Part shown: piece after piece, positions 14,230 to 26,980 of the stretch
Layout: every line of letters begins with the position of its first letter
Numbering within the stretch: position 1 is the first letter of the stretch
Origin: Octopus bimaculoides
Taxonomy: Eukaryota
Assembly: GCF_001194135.2 (NCBI RefSeq)
Contig: NC_068984.1
Span: forward strand, 31,973,953-32,037,952
Direction of reading: 5' to 3'
DNA length: 64,000 nt
The notes under the pieces: model-generated
Seen by the model: only the letters and a program-made list of their open reading frames with translations
What the model was told of the DNA's origin: nothing
The model's database searches: none
Position numbers and translations under genes: made by a program

Positions 14230-14838
14230 ATCTACGTTTTCAAGACCCACGAGATTTATAACAAATGAAAAACACATACTATCCATCTGTTCATGCATCG
14301 AGGATACCCCTCCCACCTTGTCCAATCCGCTCTCGCCCGCGCTCGTCGAATCGACCGCATCACCGCCCTCTCCCCCCCANNNNNNNNNNGTCGAATCGAC
14401 CGCATCACCGCCCTCTCCCCCCCACCAATCTCTTAAGCGAACCCCCTTCCCACTCCGTTTCCACCCTGTCACCCTACCCCTTCGCCTCCAGCTCGATCCC
14501 ACCATCCACCCCATTTTCCCAAACCCACCCCTATCCTCTTTCAGACGCACCCGTAACCTACGCGATCTACTGGTCCGTAGTACCTTCACCTCTTCCTCCC
14601 CACCCCACCCGGCTCCTTCCCGTGCTCCAGATCCCGCTGTCACACCTGCCCCTTCATCACCAACACTACCTCTGTCACAGGGCCGAACCTACACACACTT
14701 CACATTCAACACAGTTTCACCTGCACCTCCTCCAACCTAATTTACTGCATCAAATGCAACCTATGCAACCAACTCTACGTGGGGCAGACGGGCCGCCGGC
14801 TGGCCGACCGTTTCACCAAACACCTAAGGGACGTTCGG
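14230..14838 (+). mobile_element. Penelope-like retroelement 3' region: RT thumb, Cys-rich linker, GIY-YIG endonuclease (frameshifted, truncated by gap)
   Basis: Translation gives HRGYPSHLVQSALARARRID, then PPLSSFRRTRNLRDLLVRS. After a frameshift near 14605 it gives PGSFPCSRSRCHTCPF...FTCTSSNLIYCIKCNLCNQLYVGQTGRRLADRFTKHLRDVR, the typical PLE GIY-YIG signature. Confidence 0.92.
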
Positions 14839-15711
14839 NNNNNNNNNNNNNNNNNNNNNNNNNNNNNNNNNNNNNNNNNNNNNNNNNNNNNNNNNNNNNN
14901 NNNNNNNNNNNNNNNNNNNNNNNNNNNNNNNNNNNNNNNNNNNNNNNNNNNNNNNNNNNNNNNNNNNNNNNNNNNNNNNNNNNNNNNNNNNNNNNNNNNN
15001 NNNNNNNNNNNNNNNNNNNNNNNNNNNNNNNNNNNNNNNNNNNNNNNNNNNNNNNNNNNNNNNNNNNNNNNNNNNNNNNNNNNNNNNNNNNNNNNNNNNN
15101 NNNNNNNNNNNNNNNNNNNNNNNNNNNNNNNNNNNNNNNNNNNNNNNNNNNNNNNNNNNNNNNNNNNNNNNNNNNNNNNNNNNNNNNNNNNNNNNNNNNN
15201 NNNNNNNNNNNNNNNNNNNNNNNNNNNNNNNNNNNNNNNNNNNNNNNNNNNNNNNNNNNNNNNNNNNNNNNNNNNNNNNNNNNNNNNNNNNNNNNNNNNN
15301 NNNNNNNNNNNNNNNNNNNNNNNNNNNNNNNNNNNNNNNNNNNNNNNNNNNNNNNNNNNNNNNNNNNNNNNNNNNNNNNNNNNNNNNNNNNNNNNNNNNN
15401 NNNNNNNNNNNNNNNNNNNNNNNNNNNNNNNNNNNNNNNNNNNNNNNNNNNNNNNNNNNNNNNNNNNNNNNNNNNNNNNNNNNNNNNNNNNNNNNNNNNN
15501 NNNNNNNNNNNNNNNNNNNNNNNNNNNNNNNNNNNNNNNNNNNNNNNNNNNNNNNNNNNNNNNNNNNNNNNNNNNNNNNNNNNNNNNNNNNNNNNNNNNN
15601 NNNNNNNNNNNNNNNNNNNNNNNNNNNNNNNNNNNNNNNNNNNNNNNNNNNNNNNNNNNNNNNNNNNNNNNNNNNNNNNNNNNNNNNNNNNNNNNNNNNN
15701 NNNNNNNNNNN

Positions 15712-16122
15712 ACCCATATACACGCGCACGCCTACATACACGCACATACACAGCCGCATACACATGCACACACACACACACACAGGAGTGCACACACAAA
15801 ATAACACACATACCTGGCACACATCCTTACGCTCTCACAAGCATACGCACGCACACACACATAAACACACACATACACATACACACACCTCTCACATACA
15901 CAAACACACACATACACGTACACACATACACATACACACACACGCCTCTCACATACACCATACTCACTCATATACACAACACGCACGCACGCGCGAAAAC
16001 ATACACAATATACACATACACGCACGCACAAAAAATATACACACACGCGCACACACACGCACATCCACACACATACTCACACACACGCACACACCCACAT
16101 ACACATACACACGCACACACAC
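15712..16122. repeat. Long degenerate (CA/CG/TA) compound microsatellite between gaps
   Basis: Direct reading. Confidence 0.9.
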
Positions 16123-16548
16123 NNNNNNNNNNNNNNNNNNNNNNNNNNNNNNNNNNNNNNNNNNNNNNNNNNNNNNNNNNNNNNNNNNNNNNNNNNNNNN
16201 NNNNNNNNNNNNNNNNNNNNNNNNNNNNNNNNNNNNNNNNNNNNNNNNNNNNNNNNNNNNNNNNNNNNNNNNNNNNNNNNNNNNNNNNNNNNNNNNNNNN
16301 NNNNNNNNNNNNNNNNNNNNNNNNNNNNNNNNNNNNNNNNNNNNNNNNNNNNNNNNNNNNNNNNNNNNNNNNNNNNNNNNNNNNNNNNNNNNNNNNNNNN
16401 NNNNNNNNNNNNNNNNNNNNNNNNNNNNNNNNNNNNNNNNNNNNNNNNNNNNNNNNNNCGTTTTTCACTCTCCTGTCTTAGAAAGAACTTTTCCACCACC
16501 ACCTCCTCTTCCGGTCCTTTCACAATGTAACCTCGTGGGCATCGGTGT

Positions 16549-18089
16549 CTTTACAAACTGTTTCATCAGTCCAAGCTTTATGTGCAAAGGAGGCAATAAG
16601 ACATCACGTGGATCTATAAGAGGTGTATTCTTGACGCTAGACAGTCCTGGCTGGTATGGTGTTCTTGCCTGCCAGCTTGATTCCGAATAATGTCTGTGAG
16701 TTGCCTAACTATCCCATAGACGCAAGAAACAACTGTGTTTTGTAAAACTTGACTGCCTTCCCATTAACATTCTAATGACTTTGAAATCTCCACATATTTT
16801 CCATGAGTATCTTTCATAGGTAATGGCATGAAGTAAAAGTTCCATTTTCTCATATGATTCATGAAGACGAACGGAGTATGTAATAGAAATGGAGGGCTTC
16901 AAATTACCATTATGGAGAGGTACTGCTTTTAAACTTCGTTTACAAGAGTTAATAAACAAACGCCACTCTGCAGGATATGATTTTGTGATAAACATTCGAA
17001 AAGTCCATCGATATTACTGCAAAAGCAAAGCAGGCCTTCAATAGAAAAACACGTTCGTAGAACCACATTTCTTTGCCGAAAATAAGTTATACGAACACGT
17101 GGTCTAGCAGATACTTATCCTTTAGTCTTGATGCCAACAGTTCTGCATTATCTTTTGAGAGGGATAGGTCTCTGACATAATTTTCTGATGTTCAAAGTTA
17201 TCATCATCAGCCACGTAATCTCCCTCAGCAGCACTATCATGACAGTCAGCATCATCATCTAATGTTTCAATACCATCACCTGATGGAACTGGAATTGGCA
17301 GATTTCCATTGTGAAGCACAGGTCTTATTGCAGAATCCAAATTGGGATACACAATTTTGTATTTATTCATCATAGAAAATCCTGTGATATTTACTTTGCA
17401 AAAATAACAGTCATTAAAATGGTCTTTTGGCTCCCTCCATATCAGTGGGATGGCAAAAGGCATGAACTGCTTATTGAACCAGTCACGTAAGCCATTTCAG
17501 AAAGTTGAACAGATAAATGTGGTGCCCATAACTTGTCCTAATCTCCAAGAGGACAGTCAAAGTATAGCTTATAAATATTCTTGATCTCTGGTATTATTGT
17601 ATGTTTTTGAGCTTTCACAGTAAATTGTCCACAGTCATAAAACACATCATGACGATTTCTCCACTGTCTTGACATTGTTAACACTGTAAAACAAGTAAGG
17701 AAATAGATACAAACGGTTATGCTTATATTGAATTTGAGATGAAATATTTCTTCAGACCAATTATGACTGGACAATTTGAGATGTTGAAATACCTATTTCA
17801 TCAGACAAAACTTAATTGGTTAATTTAAGATGATGAAATATTGCATCTGAACTATGCTGCAACGAATAATGTGGTTTATGTTAAAGGTATGTTTCTATGA
17901 GGTAAATGAAATACATACACGTCATTAAAAGGAATTTCTAAACAATGCATGAGCTAAAACCAAAAAACTTTCTCATCTTGAAAACTGTAAGTGATGCCAA
18001 AAATCTCATCGTTCATTTGAAATCAGCATTAAAAACTAAACTAAGTACACCTTGATATATGCTTGATGAAAAATACTTGTTGGCCAGTG
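16549..18089 (-). mobile_element. Chapaev3-type (CMC superfamily) DNA transposon, 5' half, with transposase pseudogene at 17675-16549
   Basis: Minus-strand translation through stops and frameshifts gives PLGD*DKLWAPH, MPFAIPLIWREPKDHFNDCYFC, AELLASRLK, EWRLFINSCKRSLKAVPLHNGN, WKICGDFKV and VLLPPLHIKLGLMKQFVK. The terminus reads CACTGGCCAACAA at 18089. The DDE transposase call is firm; the family name is from recall. Confidence 0.8.
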
Positions 18090-18449
18090 TTATACATAAA
18101 TAATATGTGTGTGCGCGCGTGCGTGCATTCGTGTGTGTGTGTGTGTGTGTATGCATATATGAGTGCGTGCATATATGCGTATGTGTTTTAACGTTTTACA
18201 TATATACTGAAATTATACATTTATACACATATTTACATTTTGCCTACATTTGTTTAAAGTGTCTGTTTTCTAAATTTATACCTAAATAAATAACTGAGTC
18301 AAGGGAATATGATCTGATGTTTGCATGTTATTCTCTCGTCGTTTTAATAGATAGCATGAAGAGACACGTCTCACTATCGTATGCAGCAAAATAACTGTGT
18401 AACTGATGACCGCTATTAGTTTGTAACGCCAAGTTTAAATTTGTAGCCT

Positions 18450-19740
18450 AGTAAAGCTTAGAATTTATAACGTGATTCGCCCATGAACTTGTTAGAAAAG
18501 AAGGCCCACTTGGACATCTTCAGTGGTGTTCTTCGTAGATTTTTCTCACAATCTATCGTCATAAAGACAGAAAATCAACATGCTATTGTTTTCTTTCTCC
18601 TTCAGATTGATCAGCTGATCCATCAGTTCCTCATTTACTATTTGAAAAAAGTGTGTACTTCATGCTGTTCCAGAAAAAGATGACCTCCCACTTCTGTGTC
18701 TTATTTGACTTCAATTTTAACCTGTTTTTTTCTTTTCTTTTTTTTTCTTCCCTGCTTTACTAATTTTTTGGTTACTTTTATCCATCCTCTATTTCCTCTC
18801 CATCATCACAAAATTAGCGAGAAGTGCTTGAACCCCTTAACTTTAAGTTCGTAGGAAAGGCTCCGCAGTTGTCTTCCATTTTACTATTTCTTTTTCTAGA
18901 TCTGCTCAGTAAAATTTTTCTAGAGGTTCTTATTGCTATATGCAAAGGAAATGAACTTTGTACTCTACACCAACTGCTTAATTGCTTTACTTTCTAACCC
19001 CACAATGGGTACAATTTCGAGAAAACCATTTGGTTTTAAAGGATAATCAGGTTTTGTCTGTCCATACATAAACTCACTCAACTACACATTGTTTCATGTC
19101 ACCCCGATGAGCACAACTAACTCTTTTACAGGCACCATTACAAATGCCCTTAGTCATGATTCTTGTATTCCGTTATCCCATATATTGTTATACAAGTTTG
19201 TAAAACTGTATGCTCATCAAGTTTTCCTCCGTTTTTGTTAAACTTTCGTACGTTCCCCCACTGGTTATAAAATATGTTTTATATTACACACTGACCAAGG
19301 TTGCTTCCACAAAATCTTTTGGGTGCAATTGAAAGCTGCCTTCTTCACATTTAACAAACGGGAAATGTGTTACTTGAATTTTCGTTCATTTGTATACGTA
19401 TTTCTTGAGAAACACGATGTTTCCTTGTAGCATAACACTCTCCATGTTTCCCCCTCTGAAAGTCATTCTATATCAAGGATGTATGTCTGAATAGCAATGC
19501 AAGGAAAATGCCTGAATCTTTTGGCATTTGTTTGTTTGCCCAAACGTATTAATTTTTTTATGTTTCCTTTTTGTTTGTTCTTTTATTCAAAATCTGTTAC
19601 GATTTTCACAATTTATATCAAATGTTTCGTGGGTTGTATCCTTTGTTCCAACGTTTGTGGCAAAACCATTTTGCTACTAATTCCAAGAAAGAAAATGCCT
19701 TAAATTGTAAACAACAAGCTGTTTGTGGAAATATCTTTGT
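18450..19740 (-). mobile_element. Degenerate MuDR/MULE-like transposase remnant
   Basis: Ordered minus-strand fragments VYVW, NGFLEIVPIVGLE (cf. GFLxGCRPIIGLDG), AVGVE, FPLHIA (cf. AVGxD..FPLAYA) and SKWAFFS; several frameshifts. Confidence 0.4.
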
Positions 19741-19744
19741 AGTT

Positions 19745-20108
19745 TTGTCACAAGGTCAGCAATTTTTAGGGAGGAGTAAGTCGATTACATCAACCTCGGT
19801 ACTCAACTAGTACTTTTATCAGTCCCAAAAGGATGTGAGGCAAGGTCTTCCGTTGCAAAATTTGAACTCGGAATGTAAAGATCCAGATGGAATTCTACAA
19901 ACAGTTATCCGATACGGTAACTGTTCTGTCAGCTCATTAGATTAATAAGAATGATGATGATCCTTTCTGTTATAGACACAAGGCCAGAATTTGTTGGGGA
20001 GAGGCTAACAGATTAGATTAACTCAATGCTCACATGAAACTAATTTTTTCAACCCCAAACGGATTAAAGATAAAGTTAATCTCGGCGGAATTTAACTCAG
20101 AACGTAAA
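19745..20108 (-). mobile_element. Two adjacent degenerate copies of SINE family B
   Basis: Both match the 50588-50818 copy in the aagtcgattacatc, ggcaaagt and aatttgaactc blocks. Confidence 0.7.
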
Positions 20109-20123
20109 CCTGAAAAAAAAAAT

Positions 20124-20220
20124 GTGGCTGTGTAGTAAGTAGCTTACTTACCAACCATATGGTTCCGGGTTCAGCCCCACTGTGTGGCACCTTGGGCAAG
20201 TGTTTTCTACTATAACCTCG
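20124..20220 (+). mobile_element. SINE family A, 5' head only
   Basis: gtggctgtgtagtaag...ggttccgggttcagccccactgtgtggcaccttgggcaagtg, containing A/B-box-like motifs. Confidence 0.8.
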
Positions 20221-20229
20221 ACTTTCTCT

Positions 20230-21240
20230 GTAATGGTCAATGCGATGATCACACGCTGCACACCTTCCTTCCAAACACTGCTGTGGACAGCAGAAGTGAG
20301 CTAGAACGTTAAAACTTAGTGCACCTGCACAACAGCGTTTAAGGTGAATCTATACTGAGCAGCTTTACTCTGCATACTTTAGCTTCGTTACCATGACAAC
20401 AATTCGGATACTTATTGATCAGACCATGTATATTGAATATAACAGAGCAGTCATTGTTCATGACACTTGTAAACAAGTAAGCTTAATGTAATTCATTTTC
20501 CGTTGAAATTAACTGCAGGTCAACACCCATAGGAAAGATATGGAAATGGAGAAGATTCCTCAGGATCAATGATGCTCTGGAAAGAAAGGACTGAACATGT
20601 TTGTTAGTGGGGGTACAAGATGAATAAACTCACCAAGCGAGAGATGAAAGTTCGACAGAAGTTTGCATTAGGGATTTCTGAGTGTTGGAGATATGTGATC
20701 AATTATTTTCAGGGAAAGGAAGCCTTCTCTTATAATAATGATATAAATTAAAGAGACTGGAGACAGCACATCTCTAGGCTGGAGGGTGGATTGTGTTCGT
20801 TACTGAGTGAATACGAATTAGTCGAGTGACCCTTCTCTGAACGTACTCTCCGATGTCTATGTACGCAGCAGTCGCACTATCCCAGAGTATTAATCCACTA
20901 TAGGAATCATTTGAAGTTTATAGTATGTTAATAGCTGCTACTGTTTAAAATATTTTCTGGCATACTCGGTGGTAGTGATTCTCAGCACTCATAGTGCTAT
21001 GGCTCTAAACGAGTGCCACTAATGTCTAGTGGGAGTTGGGTGCATTGATGCTTTCGTGTAAGTGTAGTGCTTGAGTATTTTGACTGTAAAGGGACTGTAA
21101 AGCTGCTGTGTACCCCATTGACAGGTGCTCTCGTTGCCTCGGTTGATGGAATCAACGATGTTTGGCCTGTAGTCTCTACGTTGCATACAAAGAATGAATA
21201 GATGGAGAAAGTTTGAGAGGATTGAAATGTTCTGCCCTGT
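20230..21240 (+). mobile_element. Degenerate R2/R4-like LINE ORF C-terminal remnant
   Basis: HISRLEGGL at ~20767 (cf. LYLPRxxGGRGL) followed by DRCSRC at ~21120 (zinc-knuckle-like); many stops. Confidence 0.35.
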
Positions 21241-21271
21241 GGATAACAGTGGGCATTGTTATATATATTTA

Positions 21272-21328
<57 letters not shown>

Positions 21329-21815
21329 TGCTTCTTCGCATGCACGTATGTATTTATACAAATTATAAAATATTTCTCCTGGTAAAAGTATTCATATGAA
21401 TTTATTAATTACATTTATATACAAAATTATATTTATTTAACCATTCGCTTTGATACTCCTACAGAAATGAATTAGTTTGTGTTGNNNNNNNNNNNNNNNN
21501 NNNNNNNNNNNNNNNNNNNNNNNNNNNNNNNNNNNNNNNNNNNNNNNNNNNNNNNNNNNNNNNNNNNNNNNNNNNNNNNNNNNNNNNNNNNNNNNNNNNN
21601 NNNNNNNNNNNNNNNNNNNNNNNNNNNNNNNNNNNNNNNNNNNNNNNNNNNNNNNNNNNNNNNNNNNNNNNNNNNNNNNNNNNNNNNNNNNNNNNNNNNN
21701 NNNNNNNNNNNNNNNNNNNNNNNNNNNNNNNNNNNNNNNNNNNNNNNNNNNNNNNNNNNNNNNNNNNNNNNNNNNNNNNNNNNNNNNNNNNNNNNNNNNN
21801 NNNNNNNNNNNNNNN

Positions 21816-21898
<83 letters not shown>

Positions 21899-22639
21899 GT
21901 GTGTGTGTATGTATGTATGTATGTATATATATATATATATATAAACTGCAATGCAACATTTTAAATTAAAGATTGTATGTGGGTGTGTGGGTGTAGGTAT
22001 GTATGTAAACTAAACACAAATCTGAGTTAAATAATAGAGAAAAGCCTCAAATTATCAATAATAATCATAATAACACTTTAACAAAGGAAATGAAAATTTA
22101 TTTACTTAAATTGTATAAAATTATATTGCAAAGTTATTCATTGTAGAATCTGAGAGATGTAGCAAAAGTTGTAACCCAAGTTAATAACATGCAATTATTT
22201 TCATAATATTTGCTGTTGCAAGTGAAAGGTATATTTAAATACGGCTTACTAATTACATACAAAGTTAGATGTATAAACTTAAATAATGTTAATGTATTTG
22301 GACAAGATGCAGTATATATATAAACTATTATGTGTTGAATAAGTAAATAAAATATGAAAATAAAGATTGATATAAATTCCTTTAGAAGATTAATAGCTTG
22401 ATATCTTGCTCTGTAATTATAAAATATAACTATATAATACACGCATACACATACACATAAAGACACACACACACACACACCTAATTATACATGTATAAGG
22501 AAACAAAAACATTATTCCTTCATCAAATGAATCGTGGTTAAATCCAACTTTTATGGAACAATCGCGATAGACATCCGTACACTCCAACACACATAATAAT
22601 AACACTAAAACTAATAGTATAACAACAATCATTAATAAT

Positions 22640-23255
22640 GGTTTCAAATTTTATAACAAGAGCAGCCATTTTGGGGAAGGGGATAAGTCGATTACATCGA
22701 CCCCCACTGGTACTTTATTTGTCGACCTCGACGAAATTTGAACTTATTACGTAGTGACGGGTGAAATACCGCTAAGCATTTTGCCCAGCATGCTAACGAT
22801 TCAGCCAGCTCACCGCCTTAACAGCAATAATTAATAATAGTTTCCAATTTGTCACAAAACCAGCAATTTTGTGGGGATAGGAGTAGTATATACCATCGAC
22901 CCCAGTGCTCTATTGGTACTTTATTTTATCGCCCTCGGTGGGATGAAAAGCAAAGTTGACTCTCGCAGAATTTTGAATTCAAAACGTAATGAATCAAAGA
23001 AATTATGCTAAAACATTGCACTCAACGTGCTGAGGATTCTGCCAGCTAGCTATGTTAATAATTTTTTCTAATTCTTCCAGAAGATCATCGATTTTGCGGG
23101 AAGGGGAAGTCAATTACATTAACCTATGTGCCCAACTTATACTTACATTATTGTCCTCTAAAAGATGAAAGGTAAAGACGATCTTGGTGACATTTGAGAC
23201 GGGTGAAATGTTGTTAAATAATTTTGCCTGATTCTGGAACGATTTCACCAGTTTA
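22640..23255 (-). mobile_element. Three head-to-tail copies of SINE family B with (AAT)-rich spacers
   Basis: Repeated tcgacccc...tggtacttt...aatttgaa...gctaa...gccagct blocks at about 22640-22818, 22840-23052 and 23075-23250. Confidence 0.8.
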
Positions 23256-23289
23256 CCAACTTAATAATAATTCTTTCTTCTATAGGTAC

Positions 23290-25055
23290 AAAGTTTAAAC
23301 AATAAATAAATGACAGAGTTCCAATCAGGGGCAACACATGCTTTCTAGTAACCCCGGTAAACAAGGACACTCCAAGATGGCACTTCTCTCCTCCCCATCT
23401 CCTCCAGTTTACAAGCATATGCTCTGAGTAGGCCCATTCTCACGGAACACCCTCACAGCATTCATCTACATTTCAAGTGGGGCAACATTTACCTCTTTAC
23501 CTTCAATTTCCTTTTCAAGTGAAACTTTGAAAAGTCGAAGAGCAAAGTAATTCGCCCACCACACTACTTCATTTGTCATCGCCACCAGACTGAGGAAAAT
23601 ACCTTCCTTTTCCTCGTCCAAAAGAAGGCATAGCGATCTTCACGGTGGACGCGGCTGATAACCGGATCTGTCTTACATGCGACAACAGCTGTTTGACAAA
23701 GCTCCACAAGTCAACAATACCTGGACACAGGACGAATGCTTGGAACATGGTTCATCGCCTAGCGCATATCACGGAGAAGCCCATCTGACAGCCCTTCCAT
23801 GTTTGTAGAGCTTGTCTCGAACTTGTAAAGCACAACCCTCTCTCGGTAGCACAGCTAGGCCATGGTTTCTGGAAACTATCTATAGGCCCCAGCCCAAAAG
23901 TTATCGGTGAATGAATATCTCCTGAGGACCTCATTACTCTTTCCTGCCAATGATCCCCTATAGAACTCCAATGTGGAACTTTTAACAACGTCATTGCCTG
24001 ACTGGCAGAGTGCTGTGAGCGCTTGCCGACACTACATGTGTCAAATGCCTTTTCAGTGTATACTTCACCCAGGATTGCAGATCCGTCAATAAAAAGAATT
24101 GTGGAAACTTCCGTCTGACAAACGACAACCACATCACACCATCAACGAAATATTGGAGCTGTCGCAACTCAGCGTATGTCTGTGAATTATTAGCCATGGC
24201 CAGCCTTCCTCATAGTGGTTACTCACAGCAAGAAGCTGTCCCCTTCACAGGAAGCAGATGTATAAGTGCTCCAGTATGATCAAAGACGAAGCTGAGCAAG
24301 GGACAACAGTCAGGCAGTAGTAGATGACGGAAATGACCTTTCAGGAACAGCTTCATCTCACTCCATTTCTGGGTGAGACTGGCCACTCTACTTGTCAACT
24401 CTCACTTCAGTTCTTGTCCACCTGGTGATCCAGACCAAATAAGACCCCAAGCAATTTAACCGATCCTTCCATACAGCGTCTACGACGTTGTCGGCTGGCA
24501 TGGACCCGCCAGTCCAGGTCCCGAGCTGCAGACTCACCGACTTCTCCAGGTTAATATTTGCTCCTATTTGCTTCATACTCTCTTGGAGTAATGCTCATCA
24601 TGTTCTGAGATGTCCGACACTATTACAGGGCCGTCGTCTGCATAAGCCGACATGAACCTTTTCTATCCTAATTCATGCTGGATGCACTTCAAAACATCCA
24701 ACGTCTGTAGCAACGGCTCGAAAACAAGTATGTACAGAAGGACCGAACGTGCTATGCTAAAAGAATCCGATAGGTGGCCATTCACTTTCACCACCTAACA
24801 GATATCACTGTACTTTGCAGAGATCCTACTTCTGAAAATGGGAACGAAACTGGCCGCAGAGAAGATAACCTCCAAGTATTGGTGGCCAGCCCCATCAAAT
24901 GTTTTTATTTGATCCACTGGAAATTATCCCGTTCTGCTGCCTGTTGTAGTAGACATCCGTGAAAGATCACCGAATAAGTGTCATATGATGATAATGCTCG
25001 AAGAGCAGACCATCCAGCCCCGGAGACTTTTCTCTTGTGCAGCTAGTCATCGTAT
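23290..25055 (-). mobile_element. Tx1/L1-clade LINE, ORF2 RT to 3' end (pseudogene)
   Basis: Minus strand gives KSPGLDGL, DQIKTFD, VKVNGHLSDSFSIARSV, LYILVFEPLL, SAYADD and GANINLEKS, plus a C-terminal Cys/His knuckle (PCSKHSSCP). Confidence 0.88.
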
Positions 25056-25385
25056 ATGAACAGAAGTAGTGGGGGGAGCATCACAGCTATGCGTTGAGAG
25101 GAAGTATCTCTGGAAAGATGGGTGCTTCATTCAACATCCTTAAACAAACCTTATTCGGGGACCTTTTGAGTGGGATAGGCTACTCAATCTAAAGAAAATT
25201 CTAACTGGACCACACATGCAAGGTCATGCGCTGTTTATCTTGATATAAGATCACCATGTTGCACACATATGGTTGTGATGCATGCACCTGCTGTACCCTT
25301 ATCAAACGGGTGGTTATGATGGGTATACTGGGCTTCATATATTTTACCCCAATGTCACTTTGAGGGCATGCACTGCTCTCTCACT

Positions 25386-25420
<35 letters not shown>
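25056..25420 (+). mobile_element. Interspersed repeat (SINE-like family D) ending in (AAT)n
   Basis: Homologous in reverse orientation to 58010-58350 (ggggagcatca-agc, gcaaggtcatg and tgatatgag-tcac blocks). Confidence 0.65.
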
Positions 25421-25424
25421 TTAC

Positions 25425-25620
25425 TTTCTACTACAGGCACAAGACCCGAGATTTTAGATTAGGAGTGAGTTAATTACATTGACCCCTGTGCTCAAATGGT
25501 ACTTCTTTTATTGACTCAGAGATGCAAAGTTGAACTCAGTAAAATTTGAACTCATGATAGATGAAATGCTGCTAAGCATTTTGTTTGGCATGCTAACAGT
25601 TCTGCTAGCTTGGGGCCTTA
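25425..25620 (-). mobile_element. SINE family B copy
   Basis: attacattgacccc...tggtactt...aaatttgaactc...gctaagcatttt...gctagct. Confidence 0.7.
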
Positions 25621-26769
25621 GCAATAATAATAATAATGGTAATAGTAATAATAATGATAATAAATTTTAACATAGACTAGTATTGAATATTTACTTTCGC
25701 ATTAGATGTACAATTCCTACTGTTGGAGAGAGGTGGACTTTAGTGTTGAGGAAATATGTACCAGTAATTAGACTGCAGCCATGCTGAAGCACTGCCTTGG
25801 ATTATTTTGAATTGAATGAATTAACCCCAGAGTTCTGTTAGGATTCGCATTTCCCATTTACATTGTATCAGTTTTAGTCCTTGCTCTTGTAGGCAGCTTG
25901 CTATTGCAGATCCTCTTGGAATCCACATCACTCCTGTGCAGAGTTTGGTTTCATTTTGCTGCACTCCGTGTTGGATTGCCTTCAATGCGGCTGAAGTACC
26001 ATATCTGAAGGCACTTTACACACATAGTAACTCTCACGTTACCATACATTATAATGTTGAGTGGCTTATTTGAAGTAATAATGGATAACCATAGATGTGG
26101 GCCTGAGAGTATTCCAACTATTCAGCTTCTTAGCAATCAGACTTGTTTGTAAGACATGACAGTGTTTCTAGTTTAAGTAAATAAATGATTATTATATCTG
26201 TCTTGTTATCTACAATAATCTGTGATCTTGCCATTATCACAATGAGCTCTGGAGAACACAAGAAGAGAAAAGTAATGTAAAACAAACAAACAAATAACAT
26301 AGCACAACAAATAGCATAGTACAACATAGCAGAGCACAATATGGGTTGCCTGTTGACTTTGTCTTTAGAGACTAACAAAAAAAGCGAGAGAGTGAGAAAG
26401 CTGTTTAGAACTGAAAGAGAAAAATAAGTAGTTTAAATAGATAAATAAATAATTATTATCTTACCTAAATTTAAATTCATGTCTCTTCTTTACTATCCGT
26501 AATAATCAGTTATATTATCATTTATCAAAATGGTTTGGCATAATGCATACAAAGAAAGATATAAGCTAACAAACAGACAAACAATTTTTGATGTGTCTTT
26601 GCTGCCTGTGGGCATAGTTATGAGAGGAAAGATGAAAAGAAATAAAAAGAAAGGTAGTTAGTTATAGCTGAGAGAAAGAAAGTCTAATTAAAATAAATAT
26701 ATAAATAATTATTGTCTTAGATTAATTTAATTTCATGTCTGTATGCTGCTATCCATACTAATCTGAGAT

Positions 26770-26940
26770 ATCTCATACATACATACACACATACATGTGT
26801 GTATGCATATATATATATAATGTATATATATACATACATACACATATATATATGCATACATATATATATATGTATGTATGTATATATATACATACATATA
26901 TACATATATACACATATATATACATATATACACATATATA

Positions 26941-26980
<40 letters not shown>

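Noticed and set aside
14345-14423. 34-bp direct repeat around a 10-N gap
   Set aside because: Contig-overlap artefact.
22640-23255. Repeat-spacer-like pattern suggestive of a CRISPR array
   Set aside because: Units are ~180-200-bp diverged SINE copies in eukaryotic DNA; no cas genes or constant short repeats.
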